From assembly GCA_963665095.1 (NCBI GenBank), contig OY762069.1:192001-256000 (forward strand): a DNA stretch of 64,000 nt, in the 5' to 3' direction. Of this stretch, positions 9,125-17,914 are shown piece by piece (the first letter of the stretch is position 1; each line of letters opens with the position of its first letter). The position numbers and the translations under genes are program-made. This DNA is from an uncultured Desulfobacter sp. (GTDB taxonomy: Bacteria; Desulfobacterota; Desulfobacteria; Desulfobacterales; Desulfobacteraceae). Below the pieces are notes generated by a model that did no database searches, was not told the DNA's origin, and was given only the letters and a program-made list of their open reading frames with translations.

Positions 9125-11026
9125 TTAGGCCCTTTTCCCATACCCAATCTGTCCTAAAGAATCTTCAATTTCATCAAGGATGGTGTAGTCATCAATGGTT
9201 GCAGGGACCTTGTACTCTTTTTTATCCGCAATGGATCTCATGGTGCCGCGCAGGATTTTGCCGGACCGGGTTTTGGGCAGCCGTTTGACAACCATGGCTG
9301 TTTTAAACGCGGCCACAGGCCCGATTTCACTTCGAACCAGTGCAACCACCTCTTTCACCACTTCTTCCGGGTCTCTGTCCACACCGGCATTTAAAACCAT
9401 CATACCTAAGGGGATCTGGCCCTTGAGTTTGTCTTCAACACCCATGACCGCACATTCTGCCACGTCCTTGTGTGATGCAATGACCTCTTCCATGGCGCCT
9501 GTGGAAAGTCTGTGCCCGGCCACATTGATGATGTCGTCGGTTCTGGCCATAACATAGACATATCCGTCCTCATCAATGAATCCCGCGTCAGCGGTTTCAT
9601 AGTAGCCCGGGAATTCATTCAGGTAAGAATCCTTGTAACGCTGGTCGTTCTGCCACAGGGTGGGCAGGGTACCCGGCGGCAGGGGCAGTTTTGCCACAAT
9701 GGCGCCGATTTCACCGGACGCCACCGGATGGCCGTCACTTCCCAGGACTGCCAGGTTCCAGCCAGGGGCTGCCTTGGTGGGGGATCCGGGTTTAACTTTG
9801 AATGGATGAATCCCCATACAGTTGGCGGCAATGGCCCAGCCTGTCTCTGTCTGCCACCAGTGATCAATGACCGGTACATTCAACGCATTTTCCGCCCAGG
9901 TAAGGGTGTCCGGATCCAGTCTTTCACCGGCCAGGAACAGGTATTTGAAGCAGGAGAGATCAAAATCTTTCATCATTACAGCTTTAGGATCTTCCCGTTT
10001 TATGGCTCTGAAAGCTGTTGGCGCCGTAAACAGCGATTTCACCTTGTGCTGGGAGATAATCCGCCAGAACACGGAAGCATCCGGGGTGCCCACAGGTTTT
10101 CCTTCAAAAAGAATGGATGTACATCCCTTGAAAAGAGGTGCGTATACAATGTAGGAGTGGCCCACCACCCATCCGATATCAGAGGCGGCCCAGTAAACAT
10201 CTCCCTGGTCAACCCCGTAAATGGCACTCATGGTATACTTCAGGGCAACCAGGTGTCCGCCGTTATCCCTGACCACCCCTTTGGGCTGGCCTGTGGTGCC
10301 GGAGGTATAAAGAATATAAAGCGGGTCTGTGGCCAGCACCGGTACACAATCCTGGGCAGTGGCCTTTGCCATTTCATTTTCCCAGTCAAAATCCCTGTCC
10401 GGCACCATGGATGCCGTGGCCTGGGGGCGCTGAAAAATGATGCAGGATTCCGGCTTGGCATCACTAAGGTCAATGGCTTTGTCAAGAAGCGGTTTGTAGT
10501 CTATGACTTTTTTGATTTCAATACCGCAGGATGCCGACACAATGACTTTGGGTTTGGCATCATTGATCCGGGTGGCAAGCTCGTTGGCGGCAAACCCGCC
10601 AAAGACCACGGAGTGGACAGCACCGATTCTGGCGCAGGCCAGCATGGCAAAAACCGCTTCCGGGATCATGGGCATGTAGATAATGACCCTGTCTCCTTTT
10701 GTGACACCCTTTGAGGCCAGAACCCCTGCAAACCGGGATACCTGATCTTTAAGATCTGTATAGGTGTATTCCCGGATGGTATCTGTTACCGGGCTGTCAT
10801 AGATAATGGCAGCCTGATCCCCTCGACCGTTTTCCACATGGAGGTCCACGGCATTGTAACAGCTGTTGGTCTCACCACCGCTGAACCACCTGTAAAACGG
10901 TTTGTTGGAGTCATCCAGCACTTTATCCCATTTTTTGTACCAAAAGCAGTCCTCGGCAATGGCGCCCCAGAATTCTTCGGGATTATTAATGGAACGTTCA
11001 TAGGCCTCATCATACAAATTAGACAT
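9125..11026 (-). CDS. prpE: Propionyl-/acetyl-CoA synthetase (AMP-forming, PrpE/Acs family)
   Basis: YTSGTTGQPKG, DHWWQTETG, PKTRSGKILR and the Acs-type N-terminal PEEFW motif. GGAGG spacing favours ATG 11026 over 11032. Confidence 0.85.
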   Translation of the reverse strand: MSNLYDEAYERSINNPEEFWGAIAEDCFWYKKWDKVLDDSNKPFYRWFSGGETNSCYNAVDLHVENGRGDQAAIIYDSPVTDTIREYTYTDLKDQVSRFAGVLASKGVTKGDRVIIYMPMIPEAVFAMLACARIGAVHSVVFGGFAANELATRINDAKPKVIVSASCGIEIKKVIDYKPLLDKAIDLSDAKPESCIIFQRPQATASMVPDRDFDWENEMAKATAQDCVPVLATDPLYILYTSGTTGQPKGVVRDNGGHLVALKYTMSAIYGVDQGDVYWAASDIGWVVGHSYIVYAPLFKGCTSILFEGKPVGTPDASVFWRIISQHKVKSLFTAPTAFRAIKREDPKAVMMKDFDLSCFKYLFLAGERLDPDTLTWAENALNVPVIDHWWQTETGWAIAANCMGIHPFKVKPGSPTKAAPGWNLAVLGSDGHPVASGEIGAIVAKLPLPPGTLPTLWQNDQRYKDSYLNEFPGYYETADAGFIDEDGYVYVMARTDDIINVAGHRLSTGAMEEVIASHKDVAECAVMGVEDKLKGQIPLGMMVLNAGVDRDPEEVVKEVVALVRSEIGPVAAFKTAMVVKRLPKTRSGKILRGTMRSIADKKEYKVPATIDDYTILDEIEDSLGQIGYGKRA

Positions 11027-11198
11027 AGACATACCTCCTGATATTAAAAAGGATAAATAAAATTATGTTTGAACCCTGTTCATTGGCTGAGGGATTGTAC
11101 CTAGGAATATCCGTTGCGGATAAAGAGCTATGTTCTTTTGTATCCCAATACACGTGGCTTTTAGCCCTTTGGGTTTCAGTAATAATTTTTCTGCTCAT
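11019..11198 (-). CDS. Putative small protein (59 aa), not in the ORF track
   Basis: AGGAG-7nt-ATG; the ORF ends overlapping the prpE start and lies downstream of a sigma54-type promoter. Confidence 0.3.
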   Translation of the reverse strand: MSRKIITETQRAKSHVYWDTKEHSSLSATDIPRYNPSANEQGSNIILFILFNIRRYVYV

Positions 11199-11310
11199 TG
11201 AACGTCTCCTGCAGATTTTGGATAAGCAAATGTGTCACTCTTCAACGTAAAATTTGGAACAATCAGGTATTTTTCTAAATACTAGAGCAATTATCACTAG
11301 AGCTATCGTA

Positions 11311-11326
11311 AGCAATCATCGTACCG
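11311..11326 (-). promoter_or_regulatory. Sigma54 (-24/-12) promoter for prpE
   Basis: The minus strand reads CGGTACGATGATTGCT (GG-N10-GC). Confidence 0.65.
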
Positions 11327-11391
11327 GCGAGCTATTTTAAGATAACTATTTTATTTTATTGATAAAATCAATAAAGTGTTTCAAGGCAGAT

Positions 11392-11497
11392 TACAACAAA
11401 GGTTGTATTGTTTTTGTATCAATGATTTAACCTTCCAGTAAAATCAATGTGTTTTGAAATGAAAACAAAAAAAATTGTGCATACAATAAAAATTGTA
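11392..11497. promoter_or_regulatory. Putative upstream activator sites, TACAAY-N4-RTTGTA palindromes
   Basis: TACAACAAAGGTTGTA (11392-11407) and TACAATAAAAATTGTA (11482-11497), upstream of the sigma54 site in AT-rich DNA. Confidence 0.5.
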
Positions 11498-11559
11498 GGT
11501 TTTCCGGGGCGACATCCGGAAGACTGTGAGGCGATCTGAAAATGAAAAACGGCAAAGGG

Positions 11560-12786
11560 TTATGGCAATATTAAATTCGCAAAATCCTGGGCCAGCACCT
11601 GGACGCCCCGGAACCCCATAAAGGGGGTCCAGGCAAAACGTTTGACCATGCCCAGATTGGGGTTTGATACCTGCAGCCCGGGAATTTGCCCCTTAAAATG
11701 CCTGAGGGTTACGGCGTCCGCAAGCAGGTAATCCGGGGCTGCGTTTGCGATAAATTCGTATTTTAGAGAGTCGTTTTTGAAGAAATTGAATGCCGATGGC
11801 ATGTATTCAGGTATCGGGTGGGTCAATACCAGGGCTGACACATGAAAGCCCAGTTCATCCCTGATAAAAGGGGCCAAACCTTTTAACAGATCATATGGAC
11901 CGCATATAACAAAGGACAAGGTCCTGTGCCCTGCGATCCGTTTCTGGTAATCCAGGCGCTGCCTGAATTCACTGATGGTTTTGGCTTCCTTTTCCAGAAA
12001 AACGGCTGACGGGGATCGGCCGGTTATTTCAGCCACAGATTCTATCCAAGAAAGCGTTCCTGCGATGCCATAGGGCGCTTTGTAATAATAGGGCTGGCCA
12101 AAGCGGTTTTTTAGAATCTTGGCACAGGGAATACCCTCGTTGCGCAGCACAATATTGAAGGCGGCCTTGCCTGCAATAGAGAGCTCTTCCATAGAGGTGT
12201 CCGCAGTGAAAATCGCTGCGGCGGTATACCCGAAAGCACCGGCCATTAACCGCTCGATTTCCCGGATATCAGCCAGATAGTTACAGCAGTCCATTCCCGG
12301 GCCGATGATGTTATAAGTTGTCATTTCAACGGAAGGCGCCTGCCTGACCACGGTTTTTGCAACCATGGACAAGGCCCGCCTTACGCCTTGGGTATGTTCT
12401 GAGGAAAGACTTATCCCGCTGAAAGGGATCACCCGGGTCGGCGTTTCCCTGCTCAGTGCCAGACAGATCCCGTCCATGTCCATGCCGGTGATCTCCGATA
12501 CCGCAGAGGGAATAATAAAGAGATGGGAGGGATGACGGTTGTCAATAAGTTCACGGACTGCTGTCTCCAGTCGCCCGGGATCTCCGAAAACCACTTCGTT
12601 TTCCGTCAGACCCGTAGTATAAAGATCAGCCCTCATGGGGGCATTGTAGGTACCATGCTGGGCAGCCGCGTAATGGGTGGAGCCTTCGGGGCCGAATTCC
12701 AGGACGCAGGCACCCCTGATCGTGCCCAGTGTCCATAGAATACCCATCCGTTCCGAAGCATAGGGAAGATCCTCAAATAAAATCAT
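11560..12786 (-). CDS. Nitrogenase component 1-like protein, beta-type (NflK/BchB-like)
   Basis: Oxidored_nitro-like motifs TTGLTENEVVFG, SEITGMD, DIREIERL, APYGIAGT and PFMGFRG. The usual cluster Cys residues are absent. Confidence 0.8.
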   Translation of the reverse strand: MILFEDLPYASERMGILWTLGTIRGACVLEFGPEGSTHYAAAQHGTYNAPMRADLYTTGLTENEVVFGDPGRLETAVRELIDNRHPSHLFIIPSAVSEITGMDMDGICLALSRETPTRVIPFSGISLSSEHTQGVRRALSMVAKTVVRQAPSVEMTTYNIIGPGMDCCNYLADIREIERLMAGAFGYTAAAIFTADTSMEELSIAGKAAFNIVLRNEGIPCAKILKNRFGQPYYYKAPYGIAGTLSWIESVAEITGRSPSAVFLEKEAKTISEFRQRLDYQKRIAGHRTLSFVICGPYDLLKGLAPFIRDELGFHVSALVLTHPIPEYMPSAFNFFKNDSLKYEFIANAAPDYLLADAVTLRHFKGQIPGLQVSNPNLGMVKRFAWTPFMGFRGVQVLAQDFANLILP

Positions 12787-14051
12787 GATGCAGTTTCCTT
12801 TTCCAATTGCGCCAAAAGGGTGTCATAGAATGTTTCGGGATAATCGGTCCCGATCCGGGGGAAAAGGCCGGTGATGGAAATGAGTTGAGGTCCGTTTCTG
12901 TCTCTGGCGGTATCCCATCCCATGCCGACGTGAAAATCTGCGTGAAGCTGTGCTGAAAAGGCGTTAAGGGCTGCTGTATTTGCATTTTTAGCTACCATGG
13001 GATCCTGGCCCATTTCCAGAAGCGCCTGCCTGGCCCGGGCGTCATGTTCATAAATATTGCGGGCAAGGATCAGTTTAATTCTTCCACCTGCCCGGGCAAT
13101 CAGGCAGGCGGAGGCAAAGGGGGAACCCGCCGTGTTGCCGATAATGAATTCTTTTCCCTGGCAAAGCGGTTTCAACCGGCTTAACAGGTGTTTTATTCTT
13201 TTTTTAGCCGCTTCAAGGTCGGCGGTGTAGTCGTGCGCCGTGATGCCGGAAAGGACGGCATAAGCGCTTTCGATACAATCCCAGTCAGAGGACGGTGACA
13301 GGTCGGCAAAGGGAATGCCAAAATCGGCTTCAAGCCGCCGGGCAAACCCCAGGGCAGTCTTTTCGGCGACAATGGCGAAGGATGACGAAGGAATCCGGTG
13401 AATGGCTTCAAGATCTGTGTTGTGTGGGAATTGCGCTGCCAAAGTGAATCCGTCCCGGATCAGCCTTTGGATGATCCGGTTGTCCGCAGTCCCTTGAAAT
13501 CTTGGGCCGAGAATGGAAAAATTTTTCGGTATTTTTGCCACCGGGGACAAAAGATGGGTGACTGAAGCCATTGCCTGTTCAACACCGTCAAGGTAATCGG
13601 CTGTTTTAAAATTCTCCGTTTTTACCACGGAAACCGGGGTGCAGCACCGGGTACTTGCCACAATGCCACGGATATCATCGCCGGTCAGTTCAATGACACA
13701 GGAGGTAACCACCACGATCAGCTGTGTGTCAGGGTCCTGATCCAGCCGTCTGATGATTTGTTTAAGCCCTTCCTCGCATCCATTGATTACGTCAGATTCA
13801 TCCAGTACGGCGCACCGGATTTTGGCGCCAGGTTTTCCGGGATCTGAAAAATTGTTCATGGTTTTGTAAGTGTAGAATCCACAGTCAGCCGTTCCAATCA
13901 CCAGCATGGTGACACCCCGGATATTTCCAAGGGTGAAGTGAACCCCGAAAAGAGGGCAATGCCCCCCAGGATATATGCAGGCCTGGAGCTCATGGATATC
14001 GGTACTGTCCGTGACCTGTGACAACAGCTTAGGATTCAAGGCGGACCTCAT
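12783..14051 (-). CDS. Nitrogenase component 1-like protein, alpha-type (NflD/BchN-like)
   Basis: Three cluster Cys ([26 protein letters not shown]) and LDESDVING. No FeMo-co ligand motifs recognised. Confidence 0.85.
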   Translation of the reverse strand: MRSALNPKLLSQVTDSTDIHELQACIYPGGHCPLFGVHFTLGNIRGVTMLVIGTADCGFYTYKTMNNFSDPGKPGAKIRCAVLDESDVINGCEEGLKQIIRRLDQDPDTQLIVVVTSCVIELTGDDIRGIVASTRCCTPVSVVKTENFKTADYLDGVEQAMASVTHLLSPVAKIPKNFSILGPRFQGTADNRIIQRLIRDGFTLAAQFPHNTDLEAIHRIPSSSFAIVAEKTALGFARRLEADFGIPFADLSPSSDWDCIESAYAVLSGITAHDYTADLEAAKKRIKHLLSRLKPLCQGKEFIIGNTAGSPFASACLIARAGGRIKLILARNIYEHDARARQALLEMGQDPMVAKNANTAALNAFSAQLHADFHVGMGWDTARDRNGPQLISITGLFPRIGTDYPETFYDTLLAQLEKETAS

Positions 14052-14790
14052 TTTTCATGATCCGGGCGGCCAGGGCAGTGAAGACCTTTGCGGCATCCGA
14101 TTCCGGGTTCCCCTCAACCACGGTTTTGTTTTCCTGTTCCCATCGGTTGATTTCCGCGTCCCTGGGAATTTTCGCCAGCAGGGGAACGTTTAGGGTGTCG
14201 CAAAGCTGTGTAACCAGGGCATCCTCGTTTGAAACGTTTCGTGTATTCTGGATAACGCCGCAAAGTCTTGCATAGTTTCTGTCCTTAAACCGGTCAATGG
14301 CCATGGCAATATTCCGGGCCGCGTAAAGTGCCATTTTTTCACCTGAGGTAACAATGATGACTTCCCTTGCATACCCGTCCCGGATGGGCATGGCAAATCC
14401 ACCGCATACAACGTCACCCAGGACGTCGTAGAGCACGTAATCCGGGGCAAGCTGCTTAAAAGCCCCTTTTTTTTCCAGGAAGTCAAAGGCTGTGATGATG
14501 CCCCGGCCGGCACAGCCAACCCCGGGGGACGGCCCCCCGCATTCCGCGCAGAAAATGCCATTAAACCCGGTTACCACCACCTGGCTGAGCAAGGGGGGTG
14601 TTGGAGACCTGACATGCTCCAGGACAGGTAAAACAGGCCTGCCACCCGTCAGGTTAATGGTGGAATCCGCCTTGGGGTCGCACCCGATCTGAAATACTTT
14701 TTCCCCTTGAAAGGAGATGGCTGCCGCCAGGTTGGCGCAAACCGTTGATTTCCCAATGCCGCCTTTTCCATAAATGGCAATTTTTCTCAT
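14029..14790 (-). CDS. nflH: Nitrogenase iron protein-like ATPase (NifH/BchL/CfbC family, group IV)
   Basis: [32 protein letters not shown] and [14 protein letters not shown]; 253 aa. Confidence 0.92.
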   Translation of the reverse strand: MRKIAIYGKGGIGKSTVCANLAAAISFQGEKVFQIGCDPKADSTINLTGGRPVLPVLEHVRSPTPPLLSQVVVTGFNGIFCAECGGPSPGVGCAGRGIITAFDFLEKKGAFKQLAPDYVLYDVLGDVVCGGFAMPIRDGYAREVIIVTSGEKMALYAARNIAMAIDRFKDRNYARLCGVIQNTRNVSNEDALVTQLCDTLNVPLLAKIPRDAEINRWEQENKTVVEGNPESDAAKVFTALAARIMKNEVRLES

Positions 14791-15554
14791 ATAGCGTCCT
14801 TCAGGATCAGAATTTTTTGATCCTTTTGCATGATAAATTCGGTTTCAATTCCAAAAACCTCCCTGATACTGGATTCTGTCATGACATGTTCCGGAACCCC
14901 CATGCTCCTGACGCATCCTTTGTCCATTAAAAGGATGCGGTCGCAGTATTTTAAGGCCATGTTCAGATCGTGGATGGCAATCACGGCCGAATAATTGTGC
15001 CGGGTTACCATTTGCCGGACCAGTTTCAGGGTTTCGAACTGGTACCGGATATCCAGATTGCTGGTGGGTTCGTCGAACAGCATGATCGGGGTTTGGGAGG
15101 CGATCACCCGGGCAATGACAACCTTTTGCTGTTCCCCGCCGCTTAAAGCTGAAACATTTCTCATGGCCATGGATTCCATGTGAAGGCCCTCCAGGGCCGT
15201 TATCGCCTTCTTTGCGTGCCGTGCGGCCTCTGCCCGGTTTCGTGGTTTCCCCATCCCCGCCATAACCACCTCAATTACCTTGCAGGGAAATGCGGCTGAA
15301 TGCTTCTGGGGCACATAGCCGATAAGTCTGGCAATATCCCTGACCGGGTAGTTTTTTATGTCTTTTCCCCTGAGCAGGACCCGGCCCCTGACCGGGGACA
15401 GGATTCGGTTCAGGCACCGGATCAACGTGGATTTGCCGGCGCCGTTGGGACCGATAAGTCCTACAAGTTCACCCGCAGCCAGGGTAAAGCTAATATCTTT
15501 AAGTACGGGCCTGCCCCGATAGTAGGAAAATGATATATCCTGAACCTGAATCAT
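14787..15554 (-). CDS. Cobalamin/Fe-siderophore ABC transporter ATP-binding protein (BtuD-like)
   Basis: [25 protein letters not shown] and HDLN. Confidence 0.9.
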   Translation of the reverse strand: MIQVQDISFSYYRGRPVLKDISFTLAAGELVGLIGPNGAGKSTLIRCLNRILSPVRGRVLLRGKDIKNYPVRDIARLIGYVPQKHSAAFPCKVIEVVMAGMGKPRNRAEAARHAKKAITALEGLHMESMAMRNVSALSGGEQQKVVIARVIASQTPIMLFDEPTSNLDIRYQFETLKLVRQMVTRHNYSAVIAIHDLNMALKYCDRILLMDKGCVRSMGVPEHVMTESSIREVFGIETEFIMQKDQKILILKDAI

Positions 15555-16633
15555 TGTTCCCCCCGACCAAGTTTTCTGACAATAATCAGCAGGAAAAGGG
15601 GAACACCCATATATGCAGTAATGATTCCCACCGGGATTTCCACCGGCGAGATGATATTGGCGGATAGAAGGTCTGCCCCGGCTAGAAGCAATCCGCCAGA
15701 AAGGCCTGCCATGGGAATCAGGTACTTGTTGTCGGATCCGATGACCATCCGGCAGATGTGCGGCGCCACAAGACCTATGAATCCGATGGTTCCCACGAAA
15801 CAGACAATGGTAGATGTTAAAAATACGCTGAGCAGCAGGGTGACAATCCGAATCCTCTTAACCGGGACACCAAGACTTGTGGCTGTTTCATCCCCATACC
15901 CCAGGATGTTCATCTGCCAGGACTGGCTGAAAATTAAAACCGATGTTACGGCCAGGACCAGGGATGTAACCCTTATTTTCATCCAGTCCGCGGTACCCAG
16001 GGAGCCGACCATCCAAAACACCACTTGCTTGACAGCCTCGTCTTCGGCAAAGTATTGCAAAAGCGTAGTGGTGGCAGAAAAAAGAAACATCAGGGCAATA
16101 CCCGTCAGAATCATGAACACCGGCGTGGCGTTTTTCCCTGCGCTGATGCCGATAATCAGCAGAGCGCATAACATGGCACCGGCAAAGGCGTTTACAATGA
16201 TGCCCCAGGTTCCGGGAATAAGGGAGATATTCAGAACAATGGCCAGGGTTGCACCAAAGGATGCGCCTGAAGAGATGCCAAGGGTATAGGGCGATGCCAT
16301 GGGGTTCCGCAGGACTCCCTGCATCACGGCACCAGCAATGCCAAGTCCGCAGCCTGATACCAGGCCCAAAAGGATTCGCGGCAACCGGATATTGATAATG
16401 ATATGCTCGGTCAATGGCGACAGACCTGAAGGCCTTTGAAAAATTTTTCCTGCAATGGCCCTGCAAATCTGGGGGACCGGGATGTCAAAGACACCCACGG
16501 CCGTTCCCAGGCAGGTGAACAGGGCAATGACAATAACCAGCCCCCACAGGAAAAGCTGCTTTGCAGCCAGGGAGGACTGGTATTGTTTGAAAATCCTGTA
16601 TCTGTCGTTATCCAGGGTCATGGAATCAATCAT
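15551..16633 (-). CDS. FecCD/BtuC-family ABC permease
   Basis: IRLPR, RNPMASPYTLGISSGA, IGFIGLVAPH and IPVGII. Start moved to ATG 16633, which has a GGGAG RBS. Confidence 0.9.
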   Translation of the reverse strand: MIDSMTLDNDRYRIFKQYQSSLAAKQLFLWGLVIVIALFTCLGTAVGVFDIPVPQICRAIAGKIFQRPSGLSPLTEHIIINIRLPRILLGLVSGCGLGIAGAVMQGVLRNPMASPYTLGISSGASFGATLAIVLNISLIPGTWGIIVNAFAGAMLCALLIIGISAGKNATPVFMILTGIALMFLFSATTTLLQYFAEDEAVKQVVFWMVGSLGTADWMKIRVTSLVLAVTSVLIFSQSWQMNILGYGDETATSLGVPVKRIRIVTLLLSVFLTSTIVCFVGTIGFIGLVAPHICRMVIGSDNKYLIPMAGLSGGLLLAGADLLSANIISPVEIPVGIITAYMGVPLFLLIIVRKLGRGEQ

Positions 16634-17897
16634 CTCCCTGCCAGGTCCTGAATACAGGGTGGTTCGTGATTTCCCAGGTATACAGGCCCGGGGTGCCGTA
16701 GAAAAATTCAAGCATATGGTTCGCCTTTTTTTCCACATCAATATTCCGGAATTGTTCCGGGTACAATATTTTGGCGATATACCAGGTTTCTGCTGCGCTG
16801 AAAGCGGAATCATATCCGATCCGGCCGTTTCGCAGGAAAACTGCCTGTCCTGTTTTAATGGCTTTAAGCAAGGACAGGGTCGGATCCTTTTTTATTTCGT
16901 CGATCATGCCGGCCAGGTGGGGCCAGTATTGGATGAAAATTACGTCCGGATCCCATTTAAGAACCTGTTCCAACTGGATTTCCCCGAAAAAAGGGGCATT
17001 GGCAGCTGACGGCATGGTACCACCTGCCAGCAGAATGGGGCTGTAAATCCTGGCCCCTCGGTTGATCTTCCCGGAGCAGTACCAGGCACTGCGTTTTTCT
17101 GCTTTTGACAGCGCGCTTATCCGGGATTTAAGCATCCCGAACTCATTCTCACAAAAGTTGATGATGTTAAGTGCCCTGTCCTGTTTGCCGAATATATATC
17201 CCAGGGTCAGCCAGTTTTCATAGGGTCCGTTCTCAATAGCGTAATCCCGGCCGTTAAGGTTGTCCCTGGGCTGGAATACCGGTGCGCCCGAAGCGGTTTC
17301 AAGCACTTCTGCCTGGTCGGCCTTAACCTGTCCTGCAAGGATCAGATCCGGATGAAGGGCGGCCAGTACTTCTTTGTTCGGTGCGCCGGAAGTACCGACA
17401 TTGATCCGGTCCGAAAGCTTTGGGCAGGCCTTGAGAAAGGCAAACTGCCCCGCATATTTGGATCCTTTGGCCGTATAGGCGTCTATACCTGCGATTATAT
17501 CTTGGACACCAAGCTGGACCAGAGTTCTGGTGCCCCAGGGGGCCAGGGTGACCAACCGGGTAACCGGCAGCCGGATGGTAACCGTTGCCCCTGATCTGTC
17601 AACAAGGCTTATACTTCGGGCCGTGCCGTCCATCAGGGCCTGAATGCTGGCCAAGTCGTTTTTGTCTACAACTCCGTCCCGATTGGCGTCCGCATAGGGA
17701 GTCACAGGCGCGGTCCCTTTGATAACCGCATAGACGTAATTTATGTCTGCCGAATCAATGGTCCAGTTCATGTCTGCGTTGCCATAAATATCCAGCATAA
17801 AACCAAACCTGTCGGCCGCTGCTGAAGGCTGTGCAGCCATGGCAACCTGTGCCGGTATCCATGAAAGCCATAATACCAGGAAAATAAGATAGTTCAT
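16626..17897 (-). CDS. BtuF-like substrate-binding protein with an N-terminal dockerin-like (EF-hand pair) module
   Basis: Signal peptide; GNADMNWTIDSAD...ADANRDGVVDKND; then a class III SBP body (PNKEVLAALHPDLI, AKILYPEQF). Confidence 0.8.
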   Translation of the reverse strand: MNYLIFLVLWLSWIPAQVAMAAQPSAAADRFGFMLDIYGNADMNWTIDSADINYVYAVIKGTAPVTPYADANRDGVVDKNDLASIQALMDGTARSISLVDRSGATVTIRLPVTRLVTLAPWGTRTLVQLGVQDIIAGIDAYTAKGSKYAGQFAFLKACPKLSDRINVGTSGAPNKEVLAALHPDLILAGQVKADQAEVLETASGAPVFQPRDNLNGRDYAIENGPYENWLTLGYIFGKQDRALNIINFCENEFGMLKSRISALSKAEKRSAWYCSGKINRGARIYSPILLAGGTMPSAANAPFFGEIQLEQVLKWDPDVIFIQYWPHLAGMIDEIKKDPTLSLLKAIKTGQAVFLRNGRIGYDSAFSAAETWYIAKILYPEQFRNIDVEKKANHMLEFFYGTPGLYTWEITNHPVFRTWQGDD

Positions 17898-17914
17898 TGG
17901 CGTTATCCCTGGAA

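Noticed and set aside
11560..14790. True nitrogenase (nifHDK) or N2 fixation
   Set aside because: The subunits are too short, the beta-type lacks P-cluster Cys, no FeMo-co ligand motifs or nifB/E/N were seen, and control is by a B12 riboswitch.
16634..16813. Long N-terminal extensions in the ORF track (permease from 16813, ResB-like from 34799, ChlD from 44050, HydA from 1284, CbiZ from 60229)
   Set aside because: They overlap upstream genes extensively; downstream starts have an RBS or stop-start coupling.
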